From: the human T2T-CHM13v2.0 reference genome, Homo sapiens
Strand: one strand, 5' to 3'
Length of the DNA: 64,000 bases
Assembly (NCBI RefSeq): GCF_009914755.1
Contig: NC_060936.1
The translations under genes and the position numbers were made by a program. The notes under the pieces are model-generated. The model had not been told where the DNA came from, made no database searches, and saw nothing but the letters and a program-made list of their open reading frames with translations. Numbering within the stretch: the first letter of the stretch is position 1; the number at the start of each line of letters is the position of its first letter. Positions 32,034 to 46,760 of this stretch are shown here, one piece after another.

Positions 32034-32514
32034 TGTATTAGTCAATGTTCACCAGAGAGACATTATATACTTACATACATATACAGAGAGAGAGAGAGAG
32101 AATCAGGAATTGGCTCATGCAATTATGAAAGCTGTGAAGTCCCAAGACCTGTAATTGACAAGCTAGAGCCCCAGGAGAGCTGATGGTGCAGTTCCAGTCT
32201 GAGTCCAAAGGCCTGAGAACCAGGAAAGCTGACAGTGTAGGTTCCACTCTGAGGGCAAGAGAAGACAGATGTCCCAATTCAAGTAGTTCAGAAGGAGAAG
32301 TTTCCTCTTACTTAGTTGCTGTGTTCTGTTTAGGCCCCGAACTTACTGGGCTAGGCCCACTCACATCAGGGAAGAAAATCAGCTTTAGTCAGTCTACAGA
32401 CTCAAAAATTAATCTTATCCAGAAACACTCTCACAGACACACCCAGAATAATGCTTGACCATATCTGGGCACCCTGTGACTCAGTCAAATTAACACACAA
32501 AATCAACCATGACA
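32034..32514 (-). mobile_element. MLT2 (B/C/D-like) ERVL solo LTR
   Basis: tgtattagtc...gtccaaaggcctgagaacc...aaccatgaca. Confidence 0.8.
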
Positions 32515-33077
32515 TTGATCATTTTAATATCCTTTTGGTTGTTTCTATTTTCTAACTTTCCAATAACGAACATGTATTACCTCTTTAATCATAAAAATAA
32601 AAGTCATTTTGTTTCTTTAACAAGTTTTTGTCTTAATTTGTCTACCAGTGTGCAACAATGCTGGCTGGTAAGTGTTTTGTGCTTGTCTACAAAACTAAGA
32701 TAAACATTCAACAAGAAAAACATTGACCATTAGGGTCTTCAGTTTATTCAATTGTGAGGGGGTCAAAATGAAGGAGCTGCATATTGAAAGCCTACGTTCA
32801 AGTCCTGGTTCCCGCATTTACCTTTCCTAAGCCTCAGTTTCCTCTGCTATAAGGATGAGGATAATACATTTACCTTATAAACTAAAAATAAAATATTAAG
32901 CCCCCCAACTGACTGAAAAGACCACCCTCTTGGCCAAGAGGATCCCAGAGAAAACTGAAAAACTGAATGCCTGGCCATGATAGGAAGAAAAATCAGACAC
33001 ACCTCATTTGTTACACCCCCTCCCTTTTGGAGTTTAGGCACAACCAACCAGCACTAACATTAAAACAGAGATCATAA

Positions 33078-33627
33078 TGTTGGAGGTGTTGGAACCAGAG
33101 CAACTCCATTTTGAATAAGGGCTGGGTAAAATAAGGCTGAGACCTACTGGGCGGCATTCCCAGATAGTTAAGGCATTCTTAGTCACAGGATGAGATAGGA
33201 GGTTGGCACAAGATACCAATCATAAAGATCTTGCTAATAAAACAGGTTGCCATAAAGAAGCCAGCTATAATCCCACCAAAACCAAGATGGTGATGAGAGT
33301 GACTTCTGGCCGTCCTCACTGCTACACTCCCACCAGAACCATGTCAGTTTACAAATGCCATGGCAACCTCAGAAAGTTACCCTATAGCATCTAAAAAGGG
33401 GAGGCATGAATAACCCACCCCTTGTTTAGCATATAACCAAGAAATAACCATAAAAATGGACAACCAGTAGCCCTCAGGGCTGCTCTGCCTAGGGAGTAGC
33501 CATTCCTTTATTTTTGTCTTAATAAACTTGCTTTCACTTCACTCTATGGACTTGCCCTGACTTCTTCCTTGTGCGAGATCCAAGAACCCGCTCTTGCGGT
33601 CTGGATCAGGACCCCTTTCCGGTAACA
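33078..33627 (+). mobile_element. MER41A-like solo LTR
   Basis: gaaccagagcaactccattttgaat...cccctttccggtaaca; approximate TSD ataa/agaa. Confidence 0.88.
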
Positions 33628-33662
33628 AGAAGACTGACAAAACAGACTCTTTGTGGCAATAA

Positions 33663-34053
<391 letters not shown>

Positions 34054-34384
34054 CATTTCTTTGACATATTTTGAAATGGCCCTGCAAAGCCATATCTTGT
34101 GGGGGAAATTTGCATCTGTAGAGAATCTACAGATTCCTTTTTCCATCCTTTCCTGGATCTACCAGAGATTAACTAAGGGTCTGACACCTTTTAAAGTCCA
34201 AAAAGAGATATTTACCACCTATTCTCTCTGAAGGCTACTATCTTGATGCTTCATCTGCATAACAAGAACCTTGGCTTCCACAACCCCCCATATCTTAACT
34301 TAAGCATCCCTTTCTAGTGGCATCAAATCTTCAGACAAGGCTTAACTCTTTCAACCAATTGCCAATCAGAAAATCTCAGAATCT

Positions 34385-34707
<323 letters not shown>

Positions 34708-35779
34708 CTATGACCCGTAAGCCCCCACTTCATCCCATCTTTTCAGGCCAAACCACTGTATACCTTCCATGTATTGATTTCTGTCTTTGCCTGTATCTCC
34801 TGCCTCCCTAAAATGTATAAAACCAAACTGCAACCCAACCTCCTTGGGCACACTTTCTCAGGACCTCTTGAGACTGTTTCCTGGGCTGTGATCACTCATA
34901 TTGGCTCAGAATAAACCTCTTCACATATTTCACAGAGTTTGGTTTTTCCAGTAACTATCTCACAGGTGGTTTATGTGAAATCAAGTAATATACGTCCAGG
35001 CACATCTTTAGGCTATACAGGGCTAGCCCAACATTACCTTGAGGTGGGAGGCAGTATTTGCAATTCTTAAGAGGGAGCAAGACAGCAGGAGTTGGAGTCC
35101 TAGTCAGCCACCTACATGCTGTGCGGTCTTAATCAAAGCAATTCAACTCTCTGAACCTTGGTTTTCACATTTATAAAGGGGGATAACACTAGAACCAACT
35201 TCACAGGGTTGTAGTGGGGACTATAAAAGGTCATACATTTCAGGTCTTCAGCGCTGTCCCTAGCACATGTGCGTTTTGTATTTTAATTATTTATTCCACC
35301 ATTTCCCTACTCACATACACCCTTAACCCCTAATCCTGATTTGCACATCTTTCTTTGGCTTTAATTGCAAATCACCATCAATTTAAGATGTCCCTGGGGT
35401 CCCAAGAAGCCCTTCCTTGCCCTCAACACCCTTACCCCATTCTCTCTACCAAACCCACTGGCAGCCAGTCCTCCAGGGAAATCTCAAACGTGAAAGGCAC
35501 AGAACACCACCACATCCTGAAAGTGATCAAAGCCATCTTCCTAATTTCCTTAAATGCAGTGTTGAAAGGAAAGTAGTGAGTGGCTTAAAGCCAGGGATTC
35601 GGTTATGCTAATTACACCCTTGAAGAGCCCAGCCCTGAGGCCTCATAGCTTGAAAGGAATTCTGGCAGCTGGGTTCACTTGGAAAAGAAAGGAAATGTGG
35701 AATCTAACAGTGGCAGGAAGTGGGACGGTGGGTGGATTCAAGAAAAAGGAAGTTGTTTGAAAGTTGAAAAAATAAAGGA

Positions 35780-36200
35780 AATTCATTCACATTAAAACAA
35801 CAAAAGGGTATCTTTTCACCAATCAGATTAGCAAAAACAAGACACTGGATATTGCCCAGTCTTGACAAGGCAGAGAGTAACAGGAGCTTAAACTCACCAA
35901 AATGACAAGGCACAGCTTTTTCCAAGGGCAATGGCAGATTCCATCAAACTTCAAAACTTGCATAAACTTCTACCCTCTCAACTCTATTTCTAGGACCCAT
36001 CTTTCCAACAGACATACACGTGCACAAATACATATGGAGAAGGGTGTGCTTGAAACAAACACAAAAAAGATGGAAACAATTAAATGCCTATTAACAAGGG
36101 AATGGATAATATTCTGTTGAAATATTAAATATCTCTTTAAAAATGAAGATTTCCTTGTGTGCACGAGACCCATTTACAACGTTAAGTATTATTAAAAAGG
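35780..36200 (+). mobile_element. Old L1ME fragment
   Basis: ttttcaccaatcagattagcaaaa...ggaaacaattaaatgcctattaacaagggaatggataa. Confidence 0.6.
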
Positions 36201-36269
36201 AAATGGTCTTGGGGAAAAAAAATCAGAATCGTAAATCCTGAATGTGAACTTTAGATTTTTAATACATTT

Positions 36270-36736
36270 TGTTAGGTATGAGTTCTAAATTTCTTTTCAA
36301 AGAATCAATATGTCAGTATATTCAATTCTTTGCCTTCTACTGTTAAACTTAGCTTCCTCATAAAGCAACCTTTTCCGATTACCTGCTCCACGCTGACTCA
36401 TTCTGATTACCTGCTACCTGATCCGCCCTAACTCATTCTCCACCCTGCATAACCATTTTTCACGCCAAACCACTCACCCCGTCACTCTCTTTAAATTAGC
36501 CAGTCAGAATTAGTTTAGCCTGTGCGGTCTAACCCTAGCCAATTGGGGAATGACACAGCAGCAGGGGCCACGTGAGTCAGGGTTAAGAACCATATCTCCT
36601 CCCTTGTCCAAGTGTGCACTCACCATTGCTCCATCTGTAAGGGCGCAATAGAATTAACTTGCCCTGCTGAGAATTAAAAAGAAAATTTTATATTCAAGTG
36701 CTATTCTTTTGCAGCACCGAAACTTTAATTATAACA
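36270..36736 (+). mobile_element. LTR10 (A/F-like, HERV-I) solo LTR
   Basis: tgttaggtatgagttctaaatttc...gattacctgctccacgctgactca...ttataaca; TSD attt. Confidence 0.85.
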
Positions 36737-37003
36737 ATTTCAAGTGGCCCAGGCTTCCAAATGTGTTTCTAATGTAGTTGTTTCCTATACCTCAGCTATC
36801 CAGAGAGCAAAGACTATGGGAAATACTGATGTCACTCAATACTCACCAAAGATGAAAATGAGTTCATTTCCTTAACCACCTAGTTGAAATGGTCTTTAAA
36901 CTAGGCCCTATTTACTTGCCAGGAATCTATGTTACAGCAGCACCCAGAAGCAAAAGGAACACATATTAGCCATAATTCCCTCATACATTATCAACCATGG
37001 TGA

Positions 37004-37552
37004 TGTTACAGGAAAGAGGTCCTGATCCAGACCCCAAGAGAGGGTTCTAGGATCTCGCATAACAAGGAATTCCAGGTAAGTCCATAGATTAAAGTGAAAG
37101 CAAGTTTATTAGGAAAGTAAAGGAACAAAAGAATGGCTAACCCATAAACACAGCAGCCCCGAGGGCTGCTGGTTGCCAGTTTTTATGGTTATTTCTTGAT
37201 GATATGCTAAACAAGGGATGGATTATTCATGCCTCCCCTTTTTAGACCATGTAGGGTAACTTCCTGAGGTTGCCATGGCATTTGTAAACTGTCGTGGTGG
37301 TGGTGGGAGTGTAGCAGTGAGGACAACCAGAGGTCATTCTCGTTGCCATCTTGGTTTCGGTGGGCTTTGGCCGGCTTCTTTACTGCAAGCTGTTTTATCA
37401 GCAAGATCTGACCTGTATCTTGAGCTGACCGCCTGTCTCATCCTGTGACTGAGAATGCCTAGCCATCTGGGAATGCAGCCCAATAGGTTTCAGCCTCATT
37501 TTACCCAGGTCCTATTTAAGATGGAGTTGTTCTAGCTGACACGTCTCTGACA
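37004..37552 (-). mobile_element. MER41A-like solo LTR
   Basis: reverse homolog of 33078-33627; TSD gtga. Confidence 0.88.
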
Positions 37553-37594
37553 GTGAGAAGATCTCTGCCAGAACTGGAACTAAAGAAGTGTCTG

Positions 37595-37897
37595 GGCTGG
37601 GCGCGGTGGCTCACGCCTGTAATCCCAGCACTTTGGGAGGCCGAGATGGGTGGATCACGAGGTCAGGAGATTGAGACCATCCTGGCTAACACGGTGAAAC
37701 CCCATCTTTACTAAAAATACAAAAAAAATTAGCCGGGCGTGGTGGCGGGCACCTGTAGTCCCAGCTACTCAGAAGGCTGAGGCAGGAGAATGGCGAGAAC
37801 ACAGGAGGCAGAGCTTGCAGTGAGCCAAGATCACGCCACCGCACTCCAGCCTGGGCGACAGAGCGAGACTCCGTCTCAAAAAAAAAAAAAAAAAAAA
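37595..37897 (+). mobile_element. AluY
   Basis: gagaccatcctggctaacacggtgaaaccc diagnostic; TSD around agtgtctg. Confidence 0.95.
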
Positions 37898-37921
37898 GAA
37901 GAGTGTCTGGAATTGATTTAC

Positions 37922-38305
37922 TGTCACGCACGTCCATGTGGAGACAGTCCACCAAACAGGCTTTGTGTGAGCAACAAGGCTATTTCACCTGGGTGCAGGC
38001 GAGCTGAGTCCAAAAAAGGAGTCAGCAAAGGATAGTGGGATTATCATTAGTTCTTATAGGTTTGGGGTAGACGTACAAAGTACATTCTCAAGGGCGGGGA
38101 GAATATTACAAAGCACCTTCTCAAGGGCGGGGGAGAATACATGTATCACTTAGGGTGGAGTGGGAACAAATCACAATGGTGGAATGTCATCAGTTAAGGC
38201 TATTTTCACTTCTTTTGTGCATCTTCAGTTGCTCCAGGCCATCTGGATGTATACATGCAGGTCACAGGGGATATGATGGCTTAGCTTGGGCTCAGAGGTC
38301 TGACA
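37922..38305 (-). mobile_element. LTR7-family (HERV-H) solo LTR
   Basis: ccaccaaacaggctttgtgtgagcaa...gcttagcttgggctcagaggtctgaca; TSD ttac. Confidence 0.9.
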
Positions 38306-38916
38306 TTACCACATATGCAGCCCATAGCCTGGTGTTCACCAAAGGGGCCAGTCAAAAATTTCCAGCATACCTGAAGCTATTGAAAACCACATATGTGCAC
38401 AGTATATGCAAGATAAGTATTTATAGTAAATGTATATACCTTCTGTTCTGAATATACTGTATTTCAATGACGGTCTATTAAGTATTTAGAAATGACACTG
38501 GATACATAAAATGGAAAATATCCTGAAGAAACAATGGTTATCACAAGGTCTCACACTTTCTTATCCAGAACAGCTTGTACTTTTTTAGGAATGAAATTTT
38601 AAAGACATTGTTCTGTGAGTTCAAGAAATGGTCTTTTCCATACCAGGGTTATGAGCTATTCTGCTTATAAACTACTCTGGGTGTGTACACTTCTCTTAGA
38701 TCTTTAGAAACATCTCACAGTTCAATGAAAGATAGTTTATACCCAAAATAAACACCCTTGTTATGTTAAAAATAAAAAAAGAAAGGAAATGCAAAACTAC
38801 ATACAGGCAGATGTATATGTGTGCAAATGCATAAAAAAAAACCTTCAAGAATACACTCCAACCTGTTAAAAAGTGAGCACCTCTGGAGAGAGAGGAAGTA
38901 GAACTTGAACTTCGTA

Positions 38917-39250
<334 letters not shown>

Positions 39251-39375
39251 AGAACTTGAACTTCGTATTCTATGCAAAAAAGGAAAAAACCTAAGAGAAA
39301 AAAAAAAGAATACATAAGGAATATGGTTTCTCAATTTAAAAACATCCCCCTTCCAACACCATCTTCCATCCCTAA

Positions 39376-39751
<376 letters not shown>

Positions 39752-40870
39752 TAGATGTATGCCTTGCTTAGGTTTCTCTGGCAACTCCCCAAGCCTGCAT
39801 CAGCTTAGCATCTAATCCATTGAGATCTCCCTATGGGGCTGAGGTCCCTGTCACAGGGTGCCCTAAATACAGAGAAGGCCTAGGTGAAATTTACACATGA
39901 CACAGTTATGGTCTTGCGTGATCTTTCACTTTTGTCTTTTTGTAAACCTTGATTTATTTTGCTTCCCTTGGCACATTATCTCCCTTTCCAGATATTTTTG
40001 CAATGGATATTGTATTCTTCAAGACTTTCTTGATTGCGAATGGGAGAAACTAAATTAGCCAAAGGTGGAATTCATTATAAGTATTCAATAAATGTTTGCT
40101 GTTGCTGCTGTCCGGCTGTTGTTATTGAAGGCAGGATTTGCCTGGGTTTTGGGAACAGCTGGATCCAGGAATTTGTACATTCTCAAGAAATTTCTTAATC
40201 TCTATCTGCTGCTTCTCTCTGCTCCTGTTTCAATGAAGTCGCTTTCACTTGTGAGACTCAAGTCAAACCAAGTTTAGCAAAAAAAAAAGTAGGGAGGAAA
40301 TACTGGCTCAGATAACTGAAAACCCCGGAGGCTAGCTTCAGAAACTACTTCATATTGGTGCTAAAACTATGTAAATTACATAATCACCCAGGAAGCGAGG
40401 GCGTGCAGCCAGATCTATCGAACCAAATGAACACAGAGTGGGAAAAGAGTCATCCCTGCAAAGGTAAATCTGGGTTTTGTCACCCAAAAAAAGGTAGAAA
40501 TAACACACACACCCCAGTCTTCTCTCTCTCTATTCTCTTCTCTCTTTCTCTCTCCCACTCTCCCTCTCTCATTTTGCCCTCTCTTGCTTGGAAACTGGCT
40601 TCTTCTGGCATTCTGATCTTTATGATAGGAAATAATGTCTGCCAAGAGATCCCAGATCCCAAATTAGCCTGACTCTCTCCATTTCAAGCCCAAAAGACTC
40701 AGTGAAGGGTCTGGTATCAGTTATCTACTGCTGCACAATGAATTACCCAGAAATGGTAAGGTTTACAACAACACCATTTGTTATCTCACTTCATGTCTTG
40801 CAGGTCAGGAATCCAGGGGCAGCTTAGCTGGGTGGTTATGGTTCAGTGTCTCCCATGCCAGAAATCATCT

Positions 40871-41678
40871 TATGAAAAAAAAAAATAGAATTATGCGACC
40901 CCAAACTCACTATGCCAAAGGGAAAGTTAAGCTTGGGAATTGAGCCACCAATACTGTCTTCCTTTTGTTCCCAAACAGACAGCTGGAATTTCACAACCCA
41001 AACCATGAGCTCATTTCCTCTACTCCCTCTTTTCATGTTTATCTTATGTAAAATGTAGATTTACTGAGAGGGAGATAATACATAATTGACTTTTTCCTCT
41101 ACTCCCTCTTTTCACATGTATAATGTTGATTGATTGATTGACTGATTTTTTTGAAACAGAGTCTTGTTCTGTTGCCCAGGCTGTAGTGCAATGACACAAT
41201 CTTGGCCCACTGCAACCTCCACCTCCAAGGTTCAAGCGATTCTCCTGCCTCAGCATCCTGAGTAGCTGGGATTACAGCTACACACCAGATAAGTTTTGTA
41301 TTTTTAGTAAAGACAGGGTTTTGCCATGTTGGCCAGGCTGGTCTGGAACTCCCAGCCTCAAGTGATCCACCTGCCTCAGCCTCCCAAAGTGCTGGGATTA
41401 CAGGTATGAGCCACTGTGCCCCGCCTAAAATTTGGATTTATTGAGACTAATCAGGGCTTCACAAGAATGTAACCATCTACCTCACTGCATATCTCCCTCC
41501 CTTCCTCTCCTGCCTCCCACTCCTTGCTCTTTCTCCTTTAAAAACCAAAGTGCACACAAAGCCCCCTTTGGAGAAAAGCAGAGATCACAGATGCTCCTCC
41601 GATTTCTGTTTGTCCAGGGTGCATCCTCAACCTTGGCTAAATAAACCTCTAATGGCCTCAGTCACTTTTTGGTTAACA
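40871..41678 (+). mobile_element. ERV1 (MER4-group) solo LTR with nested Alu
   Basis: gaccccaaactcactatgccaaagggaaagttaagcttggg...aataaacctct...ggttaaca. Confidence 0.7.
41146..41425 (-). mobile_element. Alu (AluS)
   Basis: reverse dimer. Confidence 0.93.
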
Positions 41679-42082
41679 ATCGGAATGCTGTTAACTGGGG
41701 CTGGAGAATCCATTTCCAGAAGAAGTCACTCACATGGCTGGAAAGCTCCTGCTGGCGATGGCAGATCCTCTCCGTGTGGGCCTCTCCACGGGAGGCTGGA
41801 GCCTCTGCACAACATGGCAGTTGGCTTCACCTGCAGGGAGTGATCTGAGAGACAGAACATAGGCTGAAACAGATTTGGACTGAAAATAATAAACAAATCA
41901 ATATTTAAATATTTTTTTAAAAGACAGAAAACATCTAGCAGAAACTATCCTTTTATGATCAGCCTCAGACATCACATACCATCATTCTATTAATTTAAAG
42001 CAAGTCCCTAAGTTCAGCCCATGTTTTATGAAAGGGAGAGCTTCACCTTTTGAAGGAAGGAGTATCAAAGAACTTGTGAATA

Positions 42083-42669
42083 TGTTACAGGACCCCACCA
42101 CTTACCCAAAGTCAGTGGTTTCCTCACTATAGTCCCTTCTGTGGACGCCAGAAATATGTTACAGGAAAGCAGTCCCAGCACAGACCCCAAGAGACAATTC
42201 TTGGATCTCGCGTAAGAAAGAATTCAGGGTGAGTCTGCAGCGCAAAGTAAAAGCAAGTTTATTAAGAAAGTAAAGTGGTGAAAGGACAGCTACTCCATAG
42301 ACAGAGTAGGACATTCCTGAAAGTGAGAGGAGGAACACATCCACCCTAGGTACAATGTTTGTATATATGGGGAGATGTGCTCCAAGGGTTTGTGATAGAG
42401 GATTAATTTTCTTAATGACTATATTTTGCAAGAATCGATATTATTATCTTTAAAGCAAAATTAGGAATGCCTGTGTTCTCCAGATATCAGGATATCTGGA
42501 CACTCCCAAGTCTGGGTCTGTTAGTAAACATTATTAATTTGTTCCCTTAACCGTAAACATCTAGAGGCTCAGAATGCCAAACTTTCTGAGGACGCAGCCC
42601 AGCAGGTCCCAGTCTCATTTTCCAGCCCTCACTCAAGATGGAGTCGCTGTGATTCAAACGCCTCTGACA
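42083..42669 (-). mobile_element. MER41-type (C/D-like) LTR with PBS-containing extension
   Basis: caagatggagtcgc...cgcctctgaca end; two tgttaca termini (42083, 42157); TSD aata/gata. Confidence 0.75.
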
Positions 42670-43204
42670 GATATATTTTTAAAACAACACAGGACTAATT
42701 AGTCTTTCTTGGGTCAAGTGTTTTCCTTTAAAACAATCAACTGTGACCAGAGGCAGGGTTATACTATAACAATGGCTGCTCCCTCTACAATCTTGCAGAT
42801 TTGGGTGGAAAAAAAGATTTCTAGAAAGGGGGATGCACAAACAGAGAAAAAGAACTCTTTTCCTCCAGCTCCAGAAAGAAAAATCCCAGAGAAGGATTCT
42901 GATGGGCTCAGCTCGCATCATATGCCTCTTCCAAGAGCCGTCAATCACTGTGGCCAGGGGCAGGAAGTAATGCTGAAATATGAGAATGCAGGAGGGGTTC
43001 CAGGTGGTCACTCATTACCATCTCCACTGTGTGACTTCAAACCATGCCACTTAATCTTTTTATGTCCTAGTCTCAGCATCTGCTAAATAGAGATTAGAAA
43101 GCCTTGTACATAGAGTTGTTATGACTATTAAATTAGATGATATCTGTGAAGCATAATGTCTAGCTACAAAAAAAAAAAGCCTATTAAGATTCTTAAGTAC
43201 TTAA

Positions 43205-44026
<822 letters not shown>

Positions 44027-44484
44027 ACAAATTGGCATTTTTTTAAAAGCAATTTATAATTGGAAAGTCTCAGGGCTCACTCTTCACTTCTAATTCTCAT
44101 AATCCTTACTTTCTCGTTGTGGCTGACTTCATCCACAAACAGGCTTTCCTTGGGAGAACAAAATAGCTGCAGTAGCTCCAGGTCTCATGTTTGAAACCTA
44201 TGGAATCTATGGACATGAATTGCCTTTTTCCCTACTCACAAGGAAGAGTTTTGACATTCAGTCAGATTGGTTGACTTCAGTCACCTGTCCACTTCTGAAT
44301 CAATCACTCTGCCCAGAGGAGGGGGTCTGGGGGCAGAGAAATGGAATGCTGATTGGCTTAAACCAATCACAATCCACCCCTGATGACTGAGGATGGAGTC
44401 AATCTCCCAGGAGCACAAGGGATACAAGAGAGGGATGATATGAAAATCAGGTCGTATAAGGAAAGAGGGTAAGAGAGGGTGGGT

Positions 44485-44700
44485 GCTGTAGGCCAGAGTC
44501 AGCTGGCCTGCCAAACCCAGCCTGCTATTGTAAATAAAGTTTTATTGGAACTTAGCCACAGTCATTCATCTATACATTTGTCTATAGCTGCTTTTGTGGT
44601 ACAATGACAGGATTAAATAGTTGCAACAGAGACCATATGGCTGCAAAGTCAAAAATCTTTACTACTGGGGCCTTTACAGAAAAAAGGTTACAGATCCCTG
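44485..44700. mobile_element. MER58A hAT-Charlie MITE
   Basis: gtaaataaagttttattggaac...ggcctttacagaaaaa. Confidence 0.8.
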
Positions 44701-44764
44701 CATGTAGGCAAGCATACAACTTCCACTGCAGTCGTATTCAAAACACATTTTCTTCCCTCCTCCC

Positions 44765-45040
44765 AGTCCTTCTCTGTTGAGATACATCACGACAAATCAG
44801 CAGAGCAGGCATCTGTCGGCAGAAGAATCCTCCCAGGGTCCATCAACTCCTACCCCATTGCCAATGAGTAAACACACAGCCTGTGGAATCACATCAGGCA
44901 GAGGACTGGTTTGAGAAGAGATTTTGTGGCTGCTGGAGCGTACGGGCTCTGTCTCCATTACCCATCACGGAACTTCACCATTCAAAGATCAATGACGTGC
45001 AGGCTAGATGATGCTGGCAAGCCAGGAGCTGTGGATCCCG
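44765..45040 (-). other. Inverted-duplication copy A (possible GPCR-like pseudogene remnant)
   Basis: reverse complement aligns to 46761-47040; conceptual frame SLIFEW*SSVMGNG...QQPQNLF...*WTLGGFFCRQMPALL. Confidence 0.5.
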
Positions 45041-45539
45041 ATTTTTCCTCCATGATAAATGGGGAGCAATCTCCAGGAGCTCTAGCCTGGAAGACAGCCC
45101 TAGTCAAATTACTTTATCGCCCAGCTGAGAGATGGCCAGCTTGGAGGAGATGTACTCAAGCAGCATGCTAACTAGACTCAACATCAGCACATAGACCCCT
45201 CCTCAGAACAGCACTCTCCTCCCTCCTCTTTCCCACCAAAGAGCAGAAGAATTCCACCCTGACATTGGCTTATGGAAGCTGCTCTCCCTGACACTTCCAT
45301 AGTAAATAAGATCAGGGGTCTATGTAGTTCCCACTCACTTCACATACACATATCTGAGATCACTGCTTTCAAGCTTGCCAAGTGGCAGAGAACTTGTACA
45401 TCATGGAGTCCTTGCAGACACTCAAAATGCTGGTATATCATGCTTAAAAGAAACTTCTAGCGCAAAGACTAAGTGCACAGGAATTAGAGATAGGCAGAAC
45501 AGGATTTAGATCCCAGCTCTGCAACTTACCATGGGCAAG

Positions 45540-45992
45540 TGTCTTAGTTGAAGATCCTTCAGAAACTTACTTTAAGACAAGGGTTCAAGTGCACATAGTT
45601 GATTTAGAAAGTGACCTCAGGAAGCACCACAGGGGAGTGGGGAAGAGGAGGAACAAATAAAGGGTGTGTATCAAGGAAGCTGTCACTGGAGATGAATTCT
45701 GCTGGAGAACCAATGTTAAACACTGCCTCAATGGTAACTCATCCAAGCAGCAAGGGAACTGGGGTATTAATACTCCAACTCCCATATGTTATTATTTAAG
45801 GGATGCTGCCAGAGGCATTAACCCCCTTGCACTTCTGGCCTATTATGTATGGGGGATCTGGTGGCCAAAGAGAGCCCTTGGGCAAAGTGCTGCCAATGCT
45901 AGGAGATGGAAGTTCTGCCCGTGGCCTCGGAAATGGTAAAACCCAAGGGTGTAGGAGTGGGGCTTGAAGGGGCATCAACAACATATGCTACA
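45540..45992 (-). mobile_element. LTR33-like ERVL solo LTR inserted in a MIR
   Basis: acaagggttcaagtgc...ggcatcaacaacatatgctaca; perfect TSD gcaag. Confidence 0.75.
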
Positions 45993-46760
45993 GCAAGCAA
46001 GCTAATCTCTCTAAGACTCAAGCTTCCTCATCTACAAAATGTAAATTACTTGTAGCAAATAATATCTAATATCTTGGGGTTGCTTTGAAGGGTAAAGTCA
46101 ATACTGCAAGTTAACATACTCAGCACAGTGTGTGGCACTAGTAAACATCTAATAAATAATAGTTATGCTTATAAAACATCACCTGCAAAAGGAAATGTGT
46201 AATAAATGCCATGCTCATTTTCCAATCAACTCTGAGCCCCCAACCTATGGAGTTGGCAAGAAATCAATCTCCCTGTTTTGAGGTGGTCCTTCGACCTCCC
46301 TAAGGTCACATTAGAATCTGAGAGGTTTAACTTGGGGCCAGGAAACAAAGGATAAGGTCTGGACTTCAGTTCCCCATGACCTTACTGGTGAGTTTATAAT
46401 CCAACTCTGCAGAATCCATTAAGTTTGGCCACAGGAATCTTTGTGGAGGCTGGGGGGCCCAGTACCCAGGGTCCAGCTTCTTTCAGCATACCCCAGCCAT
46501 TCCACACCTCCCCATCCTGACCACCAGTGGGGGTCCAGCCACCTCCCCAGGATCCCATGAGAGAGTGGATTGAGGCATCTGCCGATCTCCTACCCCACTG
46601 GTGTTGAGGGATCTCCCTCCTCACTCATTGTTTGTGCCTCTTCCCCACTCCTCAAAGTCACTCATCTCCCTATCTTTTGAGCCATAAGCCAAGGGCTGCA
46701 AGCTGAAGGGCAAACAGAATGGTTCAAGTTCCCTGAGATTACAGAGTGCCTTCTTGGAAC

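Larger units (their letters stand above)
40714..42080 (-). mobile_element. MLT1 (F/G/H-like) LTR split by an ERV1 LTR
   Basis: gtatcagttatctactgctgc...cacaacatggcagttggcttc. Confidence 0.6.
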
